A DNA stretch of 64,000 nucleotides from Chiloscyllium plagiosum (taxonomy: Eukaryota). The translations under genes and the position numbers were made by a program. Below the pieces are notes generated by a model. That model saw only the letters and a program-made list of their open reading frames with translations. It was not told the DNA's origin and searched no databases. The DNA is taken from contig NC_057715.1 of assembly GCF_004010195.1 (NCBI RefSeq), positions 97,862,648-97,926,647 of the forward strand. The letters are read 5' to 3'. The stretch's first letter is position 1, and every line of letters starts with the position of its first letter. Shown here in pieces: positions 1-13,576 of this stretch.

Positions 1-272
1 CTGTACCAGGAAATGAAAACTAATCAGTTGTTCAGAATTTTGACTCTCTATTTGATGCAACAATTTTACGTTATTTACAGAAATAGCACCACAACCAGCA
101 AGATAATTAAATTTTATTTGGTAAATATCAGAACTATGAAACTATAATTTCATTAGTAATTGTTAATTTTCAATATTCAGGTAAACAATACAATTAAATC
201 ACTACTCTCTGTAAAAGTCTTCAGAGACCATGTCAATGTATTAAATGTTTGATAACCTTAACTAGACCTTAC

Positions 273-393
273 CAATGACAGACAATATTTTGTCCATCAC
301 ATTGTACAGAGCCCAGAAATTTGGGGCCCAATATGCATGACAGAGACCTCGCTTGAAGGGGAATAGTCTTGCAAGCACCTGAGACAGCTGACC
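273..393 (-). CDS. ALG8: ALG8 exon 8 (gene continues beyond the left edge)
   Basis: TTTCTCAG| acceptor and G|GTAAGG donor; [40 protein letters not shown]; 121 bp. Confidence 0.97.
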
Positions 394-1501
394 CTGAGAA
401 AGAAAGAAAATCAATTAATAAAATGCTTGGGCCATTTTGCATTTTGGTTCAAAATTTCTTCAGAAGTATAAGCTCCAATTCAGCCTTCAAAATCACATTT
501 CTTGACTTGGACTCACATAGTCATTTTCTTTATTAGCATTGGATCAAAATGAATTGAAGAGGAGCTTAATTTACATCAGTAAAGATAATGGTGCTAATAT
601 ATGTTATTTCTGAAATATTGTCATTACAACTGTTGCCAATATCACCATTGTCTAATTCAGAAGCTATTCTAAACCATTTTGCTCTGAATATGGCCATGAG
701 CAAATGGAGTATGTAAACATGAAAAAAAAATTTCAGGATAAACATGTGCCCTCCCTGAAGTAACAGTACATAGGAACTGTAGGGATACATTAGGTTGGAC
801 GAGGCAAACAGTGACTGTGAAGGCACTTGACATGTAACTCTTTGTGGCAAACATATTGGGTCATCTATCTTCTTCATAAAACTATTAGGTAAATGTACCT
901 TGCCAAATTGTTAGGATTGTGAACTTCTAATTAATTGTAATTAATGTGCACTTTTACATGACTGCTGTCTCTTTCTGAACATAAAGCACAGATGCCTTTG
1001 GAAACAGTGCTGTTAAGTGCCAAGTTAAGCATTTCTTGTACCTACCTCATGCAATAGCAGGTTCACTTCAGCCATGAAACTGAATCCTTTACCCTCTTCC
1101 GTTTGTCCCATTTAGTATCACACCTCAATTTATACTTTTAGTTTATTAACCTATATATAGCTTTCAAGACCAAATTAAGTTTCGCTCCCATACACAGCAT
1201 TTAAGTAGTGATATCCTTGTAAATATTTTTGACAACCCTTTATGAATTGCTCCAGATATTCCCCAATACATCAAGTATACATTTCATACTTGGAATGATA
1301 TTTGCAGGAACATACGTATTACAGAATCAATAGTAAGTTTGATGTTGATGTCTCCTGGTATTAAAACAGAACTGCACATTTGCCCAAAACCTTAATAAAA
1401 TGTGTTGAGTGGGAACAAAGTACATCCTATTTTACTGCATTTGAGATGTAAATTTGAAGTGCAAAATAAAGTATTTTAAATTAACTTAAACATATCTTTA
1501 C

Positions 1502-1605
1502 CATGGATATGAAGGGCCCAAAAGAAACTGCAAAAACAGAGAAGACTATAAATCCCAAGGCAAAAAGACGGGAACAACTGAAACTCTTCCACTGGATAGA
1601 TCCAC
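1502..1605 (-). CDS. ALG8: ALG8 exon 7
   Basis: TTTTAAG| acceptor and ATG|GTAAAG donor; GSIQWKSFSCSRLFALGFIVFSVFAVSFGPFISM; 104 bp. Confidence 0.95.
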
Positions 1606-1796
1606 CTTAAAAATAAACAGAAGTAACAATAATGACAATTGATAAGTTTAGGATATTGTGAAAGAAAATATTTCAATAATTACAAGCTTGGCAATGATAA
1701 CAAAGAGCATGAGGTATACTGAAATTCCAAAAGGTTATCTTCATGATCAAGACCCCTTTCAAAAGCTCTGATTGGTTCAAATAGTGGAATTCCTCA

Positions 1797-1976
1797 ACAA
1801 CAACACACAACAAAAGGAAAAATTGCTGGAAAAGCTCAGCAAGTCTGGCAGCATCTGTGAAGAGGAAGGATCGCCTCTGATCTTTCTTCACAGAGGCTAC
1901 CAGACCTGCTGAGCTTTTCCAGCATCTTCTGTTTTTATTTCTGATTTACAGCATCCAGTTCTTTCAGATTTTTAAA
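1797..1976. mobile_element. Penelope-end foldback insertion
   Basis: Inverted arms GCTGGAAAAGCTCAGCAAGTCTGG..TGTGAAGA / TCTTCACAGA..CCAGACCTGCTGAGCTTTTCCAGC; 12-bp TSD TGGAATTCCTCA at 1785-1796 and 1977-1988. Confidence 0.7.
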
Positions 1977-2250
1977 TGGAATTCCTCATCTTTGTACTAT
2001 CTATTTTACAGGATTTTAAAAACAAATATGTTCATTTAATCATAGCTGGAGACTTTGAGGTTGTCAATTTGAATAGCATAATTGCATTTGAGATAGTTAA
2101 GTTAACAATTGAAAAAGTTTAATGATTAACCTGTAACAAAACAAACTTTAAGAAGTTCAGCAAAACAACATTGAATATCAATTTTTATTAACCCTATAAC
2201 ACTTATCTTGACCTTTGACAAGCTTCATTATTGCCAAATAAATCCATAAT

Positions 2251-2580
2251 GGGCAGCACAGTGGCTGAGTGGTTAGTACTGCTGCCTCACAGTGCCAGAG
2301 ACCAAGGTTTGATTCCATTCTTGGGGGACTGTCTGTGTGGAGTTTGCATGTTCTCCCTGTGTCTGTGTGGGTTTCCTCCCACTGTCCAAAGATGTGCAGG
2401 TTAGGTGAATTGGCCATGCTAAATTGCCCATAATGTTCAGGGATATGTAGGTTGGGTGCATTAGTCAGGGTTAAATGTTGAGTAATATGGTAGGGGAATG
2501 GATCTGGGTAGTGACTCTTCGGAGCGTCGGTGTGGACTTGTTGGGCCAAAGGGCCTGTTCCCACACTGTAGGGATTCTAG
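2251..2580 (+). mobile_element. HE1-type V-SINE
   Basis: tRNA-like head GGGCAGCACAGTGGCTGAGTGGTTAG, V-core TGTGTGGAGTTTGCATGTTCTCCCTGTGTCTGTGTGGGTTTCCTCC, and a CR1-like tail. Confidence 0.85.
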
Positions 2581-2829
2581 GATTAAGAATTCTAGGATAA
2601 AAGGGTAATAAAGCTAAAACTAAGATGAAGGAGATAAGTATTTTCACATACATATTAGAAGGGTCTCCAATATTTAAGTGTGTCCACTGAATTTGAGGTA
2701 TTCAAAACATTTAAGGGAGAATGAGTGTAATATTTGAGAAAAGATATATGTGCACATTTTCTATGTTAGTACGCCTTAAAGTAAGTTGCAACCTTATATT
2801 TCTATGCATGAGCTGGAAACAAGCAGATT

Positions 2830-2833
<4 letters not shown>

Positions 2834-2868
<35 letters not shown>

Positions 2869-2880
2869 GGGAGAGAGAGA
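2834..2880. repeat. (GA)n microsatellite
   Basis: Interrupted AG dinucleotide run. Confidence 0.9.
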
Positions 2881-3486
2881 TCACAATTGTCTTGAATTGG
2901 TTAGCATGTTAAAGTGCTTATTTACAAAAAATAAAAAAGAAAACAAATAAATGCATGGAAATGTTGGAAGGCAAAATACAAAAAACTTTGTATAAATATT
3001 ATTATGGTTTAATAAAATCCTCAGGAGTACAATTTCATCAGAAATTAAATGTTTGTATTTTTAATCCATATTGTGATTATCAAAAACGTGACTTCTATTA
3101 ATGTTCCAGTGCTAAATTATAATAAATTGTTCTCTGAAGACACTGACTAAATTATTCAGTTATACCAGATCACTATGGGGGTTTGCAAGACACCAAGTGA
3201 TGGGAACAACTGGATACTGCAAAACAAGAACTTTGGGATTGTTTGGGCTGAATGAATTTAATTTGGCCTTTCCTCATCTCTAATTATCTTATGACCATTT
3301 CACAAAGGACACATCTGATTAATATAATTTTCTACACCAGTATCTCGCAACTTTTTTTTCTCCTTTATCAGCTCTCCTTGACACAATTTCTGTAATTGTA
3401 CTCTGCTTTTCACTTTGCGAATGCAAGTGCATTTAAGGATGAAAGAAAGTTGCATCTCATCTCAAAATTGATAAAACATTAAATAC

Positions 3487-3613
3487 CTAGCTTGTTCTCA
3501 GTGAAGCAGTATGAACGTAGTAGGTAAATACCATAGGCAGGAGCCACATAAAGAAAAATGTGCTTAAAGTTCATCAGGATTGCAAAGAGTAGTGCACTTT
3601 CCAAATGTCTTTC
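3487..3613 (-). CDS. ALG8: ALG8 exon 6
   Basis: TTACAG| acceptor and G|GTATTT donor; [42 protein letters not shown]; 127 bp. Confidence 0.96.
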
Positions 3614-3759
3614 CTGTAATGAAATCATTTAAAATATTTAAAGCATCGTGTTATTGAGTATTTTTTGGTTATTTCTCAATCTGTGCACTTTTCAATGATT
3701 AATGTATACCATGACTAAGCACTGAAGAATTAGTTATTATACTGAATTTCTCAAATCAC

Positions 3760-3827
3760 CTGAAACATCCTTGCAATGGAAAGAAGCATGACACCAAATA
3801 ACAAACCATTGTATTGAAAGTGAATAT
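3760..3827 (-). CDS. ALG8: ALG8 exon 5
   Basis: (H)IHFQYNGLLFGVMLLSIARMFQ; acceptor CCCAG| preceded by TTCCTTAAC; donor CAG|GTGATT; 68 bp. Confidence 0.96.
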
Positions 3828-5606
3828 CTGGGTCCGAGTTAAGGAATCATATTGTGTGTGTGTGTGAGAGAGAAAAAATATATACACGAGCTAAACGGAA
3901 ATAAAGGCAACATTTCTTTCACAGTTCCCCCCACATCACATACCACCCAAATCTGAGAAAGGAAATCTATTCTCTGGCCTCCTTCAACACTTAAAACTGA
4001 CTCCACTCCTAAACTCTGATCCTGTGGCACTTTCTAAAGTGGCTTCTGTTCACTTATTTGAGATTCTGGGCAAGTAATAATATTCTCTCTTTCTCAGGCA
4101 CCACATAACATTGCAAGATATCGTAAAAGATATTCAAAAGTAAGTCAGCAATGGACACCTTTTGTCAAGCGACAAAGATTTTTAAATTGTTAGAAAATAA
4201 AGCAAAATAAATAAAATCCTCTGTATAGAACCATAGAGATATACAGCAATGAAACAGACCCTTCAGCCCAACTCATCCATGCCAACCAGATATCCTAAAT
4301 TAATCTAGTCCCATTTGCCAGCAGTTGCATAAACCCTTCCTATTCGTATACCCATCCAGATGCCTTTTAAAATGTTGTAGTTGTACCAGCCTCCACCACG
4401 TCCTCTGGCAGCTCATTCCGTACACACACCACCCTCTGCGTGAAAAGGTTGCCCCTTAGGTCCCCTTTAAATCTTTCCCTTCTCAGATTAAACCTATGCC
4501 CTTTAGTTTTGGACTCCCCCACACTGGGGAAAAGACCTTGTCCATTTATCCTATGCATGCCCCTCAAATTTTATAAACCTCTATAAGGTCACCCCTCAGC
4601 CTCCAATGCTCTAGGGAAAATAGCCCCAATCTATTCAGCCTCTCCCTATAGGTCAAAGCCTCCAACCCTGTCAACATCCTTGGAAATCTTTTCTGAGCCC
4701 TTTAAAGTTTCATAATATCCTTCCTATAGTAGGGAGATCAGAATTGCATGCAGTATTCCAATAGTACCAAACCAATCTCCTGTACGGTTGAAACATGATC
4801 TCCCAAATCCTACACTCAAAGCTCTGACCAACAAAGGCAAGCATAGGATAGTGCAGAAGGTATTTCATATCTACCTGTTATTCCACTTTCAAGGAACTAT
4901 AAATCTATAATCCAAGTTCTCTTCGTTCACAACACTCCTCAGGACCTTACCATTAAGTGTATAAATCCTTCCCTAAATTGCCTTTCCAAAATGCAGCACC
5001 TTTCATGTAACTATATTAAATTCCATCTGTCACTCCTTGGTCCACTGGCCCATCTGATCAACATGCTGTTGTATGCTGGGGTAACCTTTTTCACTGTTCC
5101 AACTACACTTCCAATTTTGGTGTCACCTGCAAACTTACTAACCATACCTCCCATGTTCATATCCAAATCATTTATATAAAATGACAAAAAGCAGTTGTCA
5201 TAGCACCGATCCTTGTGGCACAACACTGGTGACAGGCCTCCGGTCTGAAAAGCAACCTTCCACCATCACCTTCTACCTTTGAGCCAGTTGTGTATCCAAG
5301 TAGCTAGTTCCTCAGCTATTATGTTGAAAAAAAAAACTTTTTACCATCACAACCCAATGGTTTTCTCATAATAATTTAAAATCATGCATTTCACAGCGAA
5401 GTTTGCCCACACAGTCTACCATTATAGAACAGATTAAATCTAAATATAAAATGTGAAAGCCTGTCATAATCACCAACTTAAACTAGACAAGAAGAACAAT
5501 GATTGTTTGTCATAGCAAAGAAAATGAAACCAATTTAAGGCATTAGATTCTATTAAATATTACTCAACAGTTGTTTCATAAGATGCATTTTCTAGTGCAA
5601 GGATAC
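3828..5606 (-). other. ALG8: U12-type (minor spliceosome) GT-AG intron, ALG8 intron 4
   Basis: 5' splice site GTATCCTT (5606-5599). Branch point TTCCTTAAC (3846-3838) lies just upstream of the CAG acceptor, with no long polypyrimidine tract. Confidence 0.93.
4225..5320 (-). mobile_element. CR1-type LINE 3' fragment inside the U12 intron
   Basis: Minus-strand ORF pieces YINDLD..SKFAGDTKIG and GH.F..R.ERFKGDLRGNLFTQRVV, plus a CR1 3' tail. Confidence 0.85.
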
Positions 5607-5716
5607 GATCAACAATCAATAATCCAAAGTTCCAAAGTAACAGCACTGCAAGTATAAACGCTGGTCTTTCCATTATTTCCTTTGATTCTTTTCTTCTATT
5701 AACACACTTACAACAT
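5607..5716 (-). CDS. ALG8: ALG8 exon 4
   Basis: TTTTAAG| acceptor; [36 protein letters not shown](H); donor |GTATCCTT (U12 type); 110 bp. Confidence 0.96.
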
Positions 5717-6809
5717 CTTAAAAACAGGGCAAATAAAAATACTCTTATTGGTCATACAATTTTTTTTTCTACCCTGAAAACTGGTTAGTATAGTGCTTTA
5801 ACATCTTTCACTTCAGGATCAGGGGTTGAATTGCATTCTAACTGGAGTTACTGTGCAGGCAGTAGAACTAATGAAAACAATTAGCAAAGGAGGGATTTTC
5901 TTTTAAACACTAAGTTTTTGTAGCTACTGTAAAGGCATCAGAACAGTATATTCTAAACGTGGCATATCTAAATTAAAACTTGCTTACAATATTAATTGTC
6001 AACCACCGTAAGTTGCTGATGTGCTTTGTCTTAAATTAGATGAGTTTCTGGGTGCAATAGATGGTTTTGATTTGGGATTGCATGTTAAAATGACAATCAT
6101 TTTTGATTTTGCAGTTTTAAACATGAAGCTAATTCCAATTACAACAATGTAATGATTTTTAAAATATTTAAACATCATGCCAGTTTAAAAAAAATTATAA
6201 ATAAAACAAATTTTAATCATGAGAATTCATACCAATTAATGTATGTGATATCGGTCTACTCTCCCATTGATGTCAGTATGATCAAGAACCATTCTCAGAT
6301 AAGGGGGATTTGACCATTTCTCAATCAACTATATTCCTTATGTCAGCTGCAGGATATATGAAACCTGTGTAACATGAAAACTACCTGGACACTACTCCAA
6401 ACTCCCTCTATAATAGTATAACTGACTGGTAACTCAAAGTAGTGGAGGATTATTAAATAGTACTTAAAAAAATGGACGCTAATTAGTCTCTTCATATTGC
6501 ATTGTCCTCACCCACATTCCTCTGGCACAGGAATTAGCATGAGTTAGCTTTGACCAGGCACCAGGAGGCACAATTTTATCCCGTTTGCCCTTTGTCAAAA
6601 CACCGACCAAATGCAGAGCACTGCCAACGGAGGTACAGTAAATGAGCTGCAATGCAATATTTGAGATTGACGCTAACCTTTGTGCGAAAACTAAGTATAA
6701 ATACTACTGGTTGAAATGATTTGATCATAAATAGTTAAAGTGGAACTCCTCCGATAGCTTAGAGATTAACAGATTGTCCAGTGTGATACAAGGCCGCCGA
6801 AAAAACCCC

Positions 6810-8602
6810 AAAGCTCAATCTTATATATTGCTCTGATGCGCTTTCTAATTAGCAATGCTACACCCCCACCTTCTTTTCCTAACCTCCCTGTTCTTTTTAA
6901 ACGTTCTGAACTCTGGAACCCTGCAGCAACCATTCCTGCTCCTGTTAAATGCACGTCTCCATTATGACCACAACATCATAGTCCCAAATACTGATCCATG
7001 CTCTAAGTTTATCACTCTTATTTCTGACATTCCTTGCGTTAAAACAGACACACTTTAATGGATTCATAGAACATTACAGCGCAGTACAGGCCCTTCGGTC
7101 CTTGATGTTGCGCCGCCCTGTCATACTAATCTGAAGCCCATCCCACCTACACTATTCCATGTACGTCCATATGCCTGTCCAATGACTACTTAAATGCATT
7201 TAAACTTGGCGAATGTACTACTGTTGCAGGCAAAGCATTCCATACCCTTACTATATCACATGAAAAACCTTCCCGTTGGATTCACTACATCCTGTCCCAT
7301 CTACAACTATACCCCCTCTCAGATAGCTCTGGTTCCCAACCCCCTGCCAAACCAGTTTAAATCCTCTCAAAGCACACAAGCAAATCTCCCAACCAGGACA
7401 TTTGTGCCCCTCCAGTTCGGGTGCAAACCATCCTTCATGTACAGGTCCCACCTTCCCCAGAAGATATCCCAATGGTCTAAGTATCTGAAGCCCTCCCTCC
7501 TGCTCCAGCCTCGCAGCCACATGTTAAGCTGCACTCGCTGACTGTTCTTCAACTTGCTATCTCGTTGCACCAGTAGCAACCGGAGATCACTACTCTACTC
7601 ATCCTGCTCTTCAGCTTCCAACCTAACTCTCTGTAGTCACTTTTCAGATCCTCAATCCCTTTCCTGGCTATATCATTGGTGCCAATATGTGCCACAATGT
7701 CTGGCTGCTCACCCTCCCCCTTCAGAATCTTGTAAACCCGATCAGCGACACCTCAGACCCTGGCACCGTAGGCAATATACCTTCTGGGAGTCCTGTTCCT
7801 GACCACAAAATCTCCTGTCAATCCGTCTAACTATTGAGTCCCCTACCACTAGCGCTTTTCTACTCTTCCCCCTTTCCTTCTGAGCCACAGTGCCAGGCAC
7901 AGTCAGAGAGCTGACAACTATGACTTTCCCCTGGTAGGCTGTCCCCACCACCAAAAAGGTATATCTATTGCTGAGGGAAACAACCACAGGGGATCCCTGC
8001 CCTGTCTGTTGGTTCCCTTTCCTCTCCTCTGACTGTAACCCAGCTGTCCTTATCCTGTGTCTGAGGAGTGACTCCCAGTACATCCTCTCAATTTCCCTCT
8101 CAGCCTCCCGGATGATCTACAGTCCATCCAGCTCCAGCTCCTTAACTCGGTTTTTCGAGGAGCAGAAGTTGGGTGCATTTCCCGCAGATGGGGTTCGTGG
8201 AGACATGCGTCGTGTCTCTCACGTGCCACATTCTGCAGGAGGAACATGCAACTGTCCTATCAGCCATACCCCATTAATCTGAAAGCCCACACAGGACTAA
8301 ACAAGGAAGATAAGAAAAGAAGAATTAAATGACAAAACCCGAAATCTTACAGAGTTTACAGACTCCTAGTAAGGTTAGAGGTGATGGGTGGGAGGGAGAC
8401 CCTACAGTGTAGGGTCTCAGGTTTAGATCTCACCCACTTAAAAACTTTCTGGCAGCCCTCGTTTCTCTCCGACCTCTCTCCTCGCAGCTCTGTTCAAAAT
8501 GGAGGCCCGACTCCCGAGGTAATCCCTTTTTAAGTGGGAAACACTGACCTACCCAGCAGCCCTCGCTTCTCTCCGCCCTCTCTCTTCGCCACTCTGTTCA
8601 AA
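6810..8602 (-). mobile_element. CR1 5' portion (5'UTR, ORF1 with esterase domain, start of ORF2 endonuclease) with a nested CR1 3' end at ~7064-7250
   Basis: VVGDSIVRRIDRRFCG..DS.KV, QLNMWLRGWSRREGFRYLDHWD.FWGRWDLY.KDGLHPN..GTNVL, and GGGVALLI; ~48-bp direct repeat at ~8452-8499 and ~8556-8602. Confidence 0.85.
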
Positions 8603-8903
8603 AAATCTGTTCACAGTTGAATAGATCACAGATATACAAGATGAATAATGTCCATTTGGGGCCTGGTATCAGAATTGTATGAGTAACAATACTTCCTAAA
8701 GAGTTAGCACTGTAGCACAGGATGGGAAAATACAATTTTTCTTTAAATCAACACTAACATTTAGTGATCTTCCATTTCTCAACTGGTGGTTTGACAATTA
8801 TTTCACAATTACTGATGTCTAATCTATCAACTGGTTATGTTTGTCAAACAACAAATAAAGAAAGAACACCTGCATTTTTAAATACATAAATATTAAGACA
8901 TAC

Positions 8904-9097
8904 TCCAGTACTCCATAAATAAATACGATATCCATGATGATGACTGAAAGTCGCTGAAATAGTATTGTTGCATCACTGGCATAATTAAGGTTCTGGACAA
9001 CCAACATTTCCTTGTCGAAATATTGTGCAATGAGAGAGAGTAGGTATTCAAACCATGCAAAAAATGGTGGATAGTCCAAAGTCCATTGCGAAGTTGC
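8904..9097 (-). CDS. ALG8: ALG8 exon 3
   Basis: CCTAG| acceptor and |GTATGT donor; [32 protein letters not shown]...[18 protein letters not shown]; 194 bp; overlaps ORF 8819-9079. Confidence 0.97.
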
Positions 9098-11069
9098 CTA
9101 GGTACAGGGTGAGGAAGGGAAGAAAGGTGTAGGAGTAATAGACAGGAAAAGAAAAAGTTACATTTCAATTCATATTTTGCAATTACAATTCAACATTTTG
9201 GATCAACAAAAAGATATTAACAACTTTAATTCATATGTATTATTAATACAACATTTAATAGATTTTGATTAATTATTTTTGCTAATGGCTGATACTGCAA
9301 ATAGTTTCATACAATCAGATCACATTATAAAGCAGGTGCAAGTTACAATTTTGACCCACTGTGTATCAGGATTCTGAAGAATTTCATTATTGACTTCTGC
9401 TTCACTGCACTTTCCTCTCACTCACTAAAATTTATCCTGTATTCAACTTTTTATCCACCTGTACTACAGATTAATCTGGAATAATTGTTGACAGCTTTCT
9501 GCAGGGAGTTGGCAAGGCTTTGTTACAATTTGTTTATGAAATTGCCAAAACAGTTTATGGACAAAGAGAATTATTTGTGGTGGCTCTCATCAGCAATTAA
9601 AAAAATCTTTTCTTTCATCAAGAATACAGTAAAACTATTGTATAATAGCACAAAAAAAGATGTACTTGCTAAAACAGTTGAAATCTACAATCAATGGAAG
9701 ATCTGTTCGAATTTACCTAAATTTCCAACTTGCTCAAGGAGAGTCAATCAACTTTATGATGAATGAAGGAGGTTTAAAGGACAAGGGATAAATGGATCAG
9801 GACAAATAAAAGTTGTACAATCTCTATTTTAAGATTTTTTTTATATTAGATTTTCTATTATCCATTCAATATATTAAAAAGTCTTACAGCTTATACATGC
9901 CAGTGTTAAATTCATATGTATCACATTTTAAATGAAAATAAACTTACACAAGTAGATGGTTATGTTGTAATGACTTCCTCCTGCCAGGAGAGTCACAAAA
10001 GTGATGTCTTATGGCAGAGAAACCTCTATGTTCCAACTCAAATTTGATGCTTCCTAAACTGGTATAATTTTTTCTACTTAATTTATCAACAATTTTAAGA
10101 TTAAAGTTTTATAAGATCAAGGACAGATGCGTTGTTTTAAAAAGCAGGCTGATTTACAGTTACGCACTGTGCCGTCTAATCCTCCTGCAATTGAAAATCT
10201 GATTTGAACACCAAGCCATATTTAAGCATCAACAGAGTGGATGCAGGAAGAATGCTGCTGATGGTGGGGAAATATAAAACCCGGGGTCACAGTCTAAGGA
10301 CACAGGGAAAAACCATTTCAGACTGAGACAAAGTGAAACATCTTCACCCAGGGAATGGTGAGCCTATGGAATTTGCTACCACAGAAAGCAAAGGATACAG
10401 GGAGAAAGCAGGAACAGGCTATTGTTGGATGATCAGCTATAATAATAATGAATGGTGGATTGGGCTTAAAAAGCCGAATGGCCTACACTTGCTCCCATTT
10501 TTCTATGTTCCTATTGGAAAACATTCTATGGTTTACCTAATCAACAGGTAAAGCTGTAAAATGCTTTCCTTTAACTATGCCATGATTATTGTGTCCAGAT
10601 TCATCATGCAGCCTTAAATCAGACTATAAAAACCTGCAGGTGGTGTACTGTGATGGAAAGACCGATCCTTAGCTTTACAACAAAGTCATAAAAAAATCAT
10701 TAAGAAACTTGAATTTACATTTCATCCTGGTAAAGGAAAACAACTTCAAAGAAGTATTTAAGTTAACAGATGGACTAGGAAGGTAAATTCAGCGCACTGC
10801 ATCAGGTTAAACCATGGTGCTAACACAGAGGGCACTGGCATATTTAGGCTTGCAGCTGTCACAGAAAAGCCCATCGTTCATGGAAAAAATTTCTAGAGGA
10901 CTAACATGAATAGAAACATTAAATAAACAACTGGATTTTATGATGAATGGGAATGTGGATCTTCTGCATGTATCAAATAAAATGGGGTGAATGACCTTTC
11001 TCAGCAATATCACGACTGATAGGACATGGCAGAAATAGCCAGATTATCACTTGGCACAAGTCACTGTTA

Positions 11070-11219
<150 letters not shown>

Positions 11220-11314
11220 TTATACAGGTCATGGAAATTGATGTAATCTTCCAAAACAGGGTGGCTGAAATGACAATCACACCTAATCAGTTGTCATTAT
11301 TTAATGTTACTATT

Positions 11315-12365
11315 ACTGGATAGGAATAATGTGATCAAGGATAGTCAGCATGGTTTTGTGAAGGGCAGGTCGTGCCTCACAAACCTTATTGAGTTCTTTG
11401 AGAAGGTGACTAAGGATGTAGACAAGGGTAAAGCGGTAGATGTGGTGTATATGGATTTTAGCAAGGTGTTTGATAAGGTTCCCCATGGTAGGCTACTGCA
11501 AAAAATACGGAGGTATGGCATTGAGGGTGAGTTGGAGGTTTGGATTAGGAATTGGCTGGCTGGAAGAAGACAGAGGGTAGTAGTTGCTTAATTGGGAGTT
11601 TTTGGTAACTGATTTCATAGAAGGGAAGGTAAAAGATGGGTTAAAGTAAGTATTTTTTCATAGTTGTGAGTTAATTATTCTCTGTTACACTTTAAGAAAT
11701 AAAGTAGTTAATTATTACTTTAAATAGAACTTGGCCATTCGAATATTTACAGATTACAGCTAAATATTTCTGTGTTGCTCGTTTTAAATTAGGCAGAAAA
11801 GTTAACACCGACCATCCCCACTGCTCCATGGCCGAACACTTCAACTCACCTCCCACTCCCCCAATGAAGGATATGGAGGCACTTATAGGAAGGATGTGGA
11901 GGCACTGGAACGGGTGCGGAGGAGGTTTACCAGGATGTTGCCTGGTATGGTAGGAAGATCGTATGAGGAAAGGTTGAGGCACTTGGGGTTGTTTTCATTG
12001 GAGAAAAGAAGGTTTAGGGGTGCCTCGATAGAGTGGACAAGATGATTTGGGGTTTAGATAGGGTTGACCATGAGAGCCTTTTTCCACGTATGGAGTCAGC
12101 TATTACGAGGGGACATGGCTTTAAATTAAGGGGTAGTAGTTATAGGACAGATGTTAGGGGTAGATTCTTTACTCAGTGAGTCGTGAGTTCATGGAATGCC
12201 CTGTCAGTAGCAGTGGTGGACTCTCCCTCTTTATGGGCATTTAAATGGGCATTGGATAGGCATATGGAGGATAGTGGGCTAGTGTAGGTTAGGTGGGCTT
12301 GGATCGGCGCAACATCGAGGGCCAAAGGGCCTGTACTGCGCTGTATTTTTCTATGTTCTATGTAC
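11315..12365 (+). mobile_element. CR1 RT fragments (11315-11590 and ~11867-12365)
   Basis: SQHGFVKGRSCLTNLIEFFEKVT..VD.G.AVDVVYMDFSK.FDKVPH.RL; the second block ends in a TTCTATG-type tail. Confidence 0.85.
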
Positions 12366-12974
12366 TGCAGAACACTGACATCAATTAAATTGTAACCAAA
12401 GGAACAACAGTAGGCCATTCTGCACATTGAACCTGCCCACCAATAAATATAACCATTGCTAATCAAACTCTTCCAAGTCTTTTACCCACTCATCCCAAAT
12501 AGTCCACACACCACAAACTACAAATTTGAAATCATGACAGTTAATAGGTCTAGCAGAGTGAGATTACTTATCTACTAATGATCAAAATGATAGAGTTCAA
12601 GAGGAGTGGCAGTATGGTCGGTGAGAGGCTGGGAAGGGAACTTGCAGGTGTTGATGTTCCAAACATCTGCAGCCATTGGCTTTCAAGGTGATAGAGGGTG
12701 CAGGTTGGTAAGGAGTTGTCAAATGAGCATTCTCGAGATACTGCAGTTAATCTTATGGATGGTACACACTGCTGCTATTGCGTGTCAACAGTGAAGGAAG
12801 TGAACTTTGAAGGTGAGGGATGTGTTGATTGCCAATCAGGTGAGCTACTTTGTCTTGGATGGTGTCAAGCATTGAGTGTTATTGGAGCTACATCTATCCA
12901 GCCAAGTGGAGACAGTATTCCATATTACTCAGCACTTGTGCCTTGTAGATGGTGGAAAGCAGTAGTGAGTTACT

Positions 12975-13086
12975 GCGGCTGCTGGAATCTGAAACCAAAA
13001 GAGAAACTGCTGGAAAATCTCAGTAGGTCTGGCAGCATCTGTAAGGAGAGAAAAAGAGCTGATGTTTCGAGTCGAACTGACCCTTT
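12975..13086 (-). mobile_element. Penelope 3'-end insertion within an older LINE fragment
   Basis: 13-bp TSD GTAGTGAGTTACT at 12962-12974 and 13087-13099. Confidence 0.65.
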
Positions 13087-13576
13087 GTAGTGAGTTACTT
13101 GCTGCAGAACTCCTATCCTCTAATCTGCTCTTGAAGACAGCATTTATAGGTTGGTCCAGTTCAGTTTCTGCTGAATGGTAAACAGTCAGGATGGTGAGTG
13201 GTTATAATTGACATTAACAGTAATCATGAAGATAGTAAAATTTAAAAATGCAAAATCTCAGGATCAGATGGCTTTCAGTTCAGGATTTTAAAGGAATCAG
13301 GTGAGAACTTTACTAATTATAGCAACTAACTATAACTTTTGAAAGTCATTGATTCAGGAATCTTTCCTTAAGATATCAAAAAAGTCGATGTTGTTCTGCT
13401 TTTTAAGAAAAGCAAAAGAAGGAAGCAAGGAAATTATAAACCAGTTAGATGAACATCTTTTATCATGAAGTTCAGGTAAGGATACAATGTAATATTTTAA
13501 GGTAATCAGGGAAAGATAGCATAGATGTGTAATGGCTAGACTGTGTTTGATGAATTTTATTGGCATTTTTTTTGAA

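Noticed and set aside
8819-9079. 86-aa ORF as a stand-alone gene
   Set aside because: It is ALG8 exon 3 read through into the intron.
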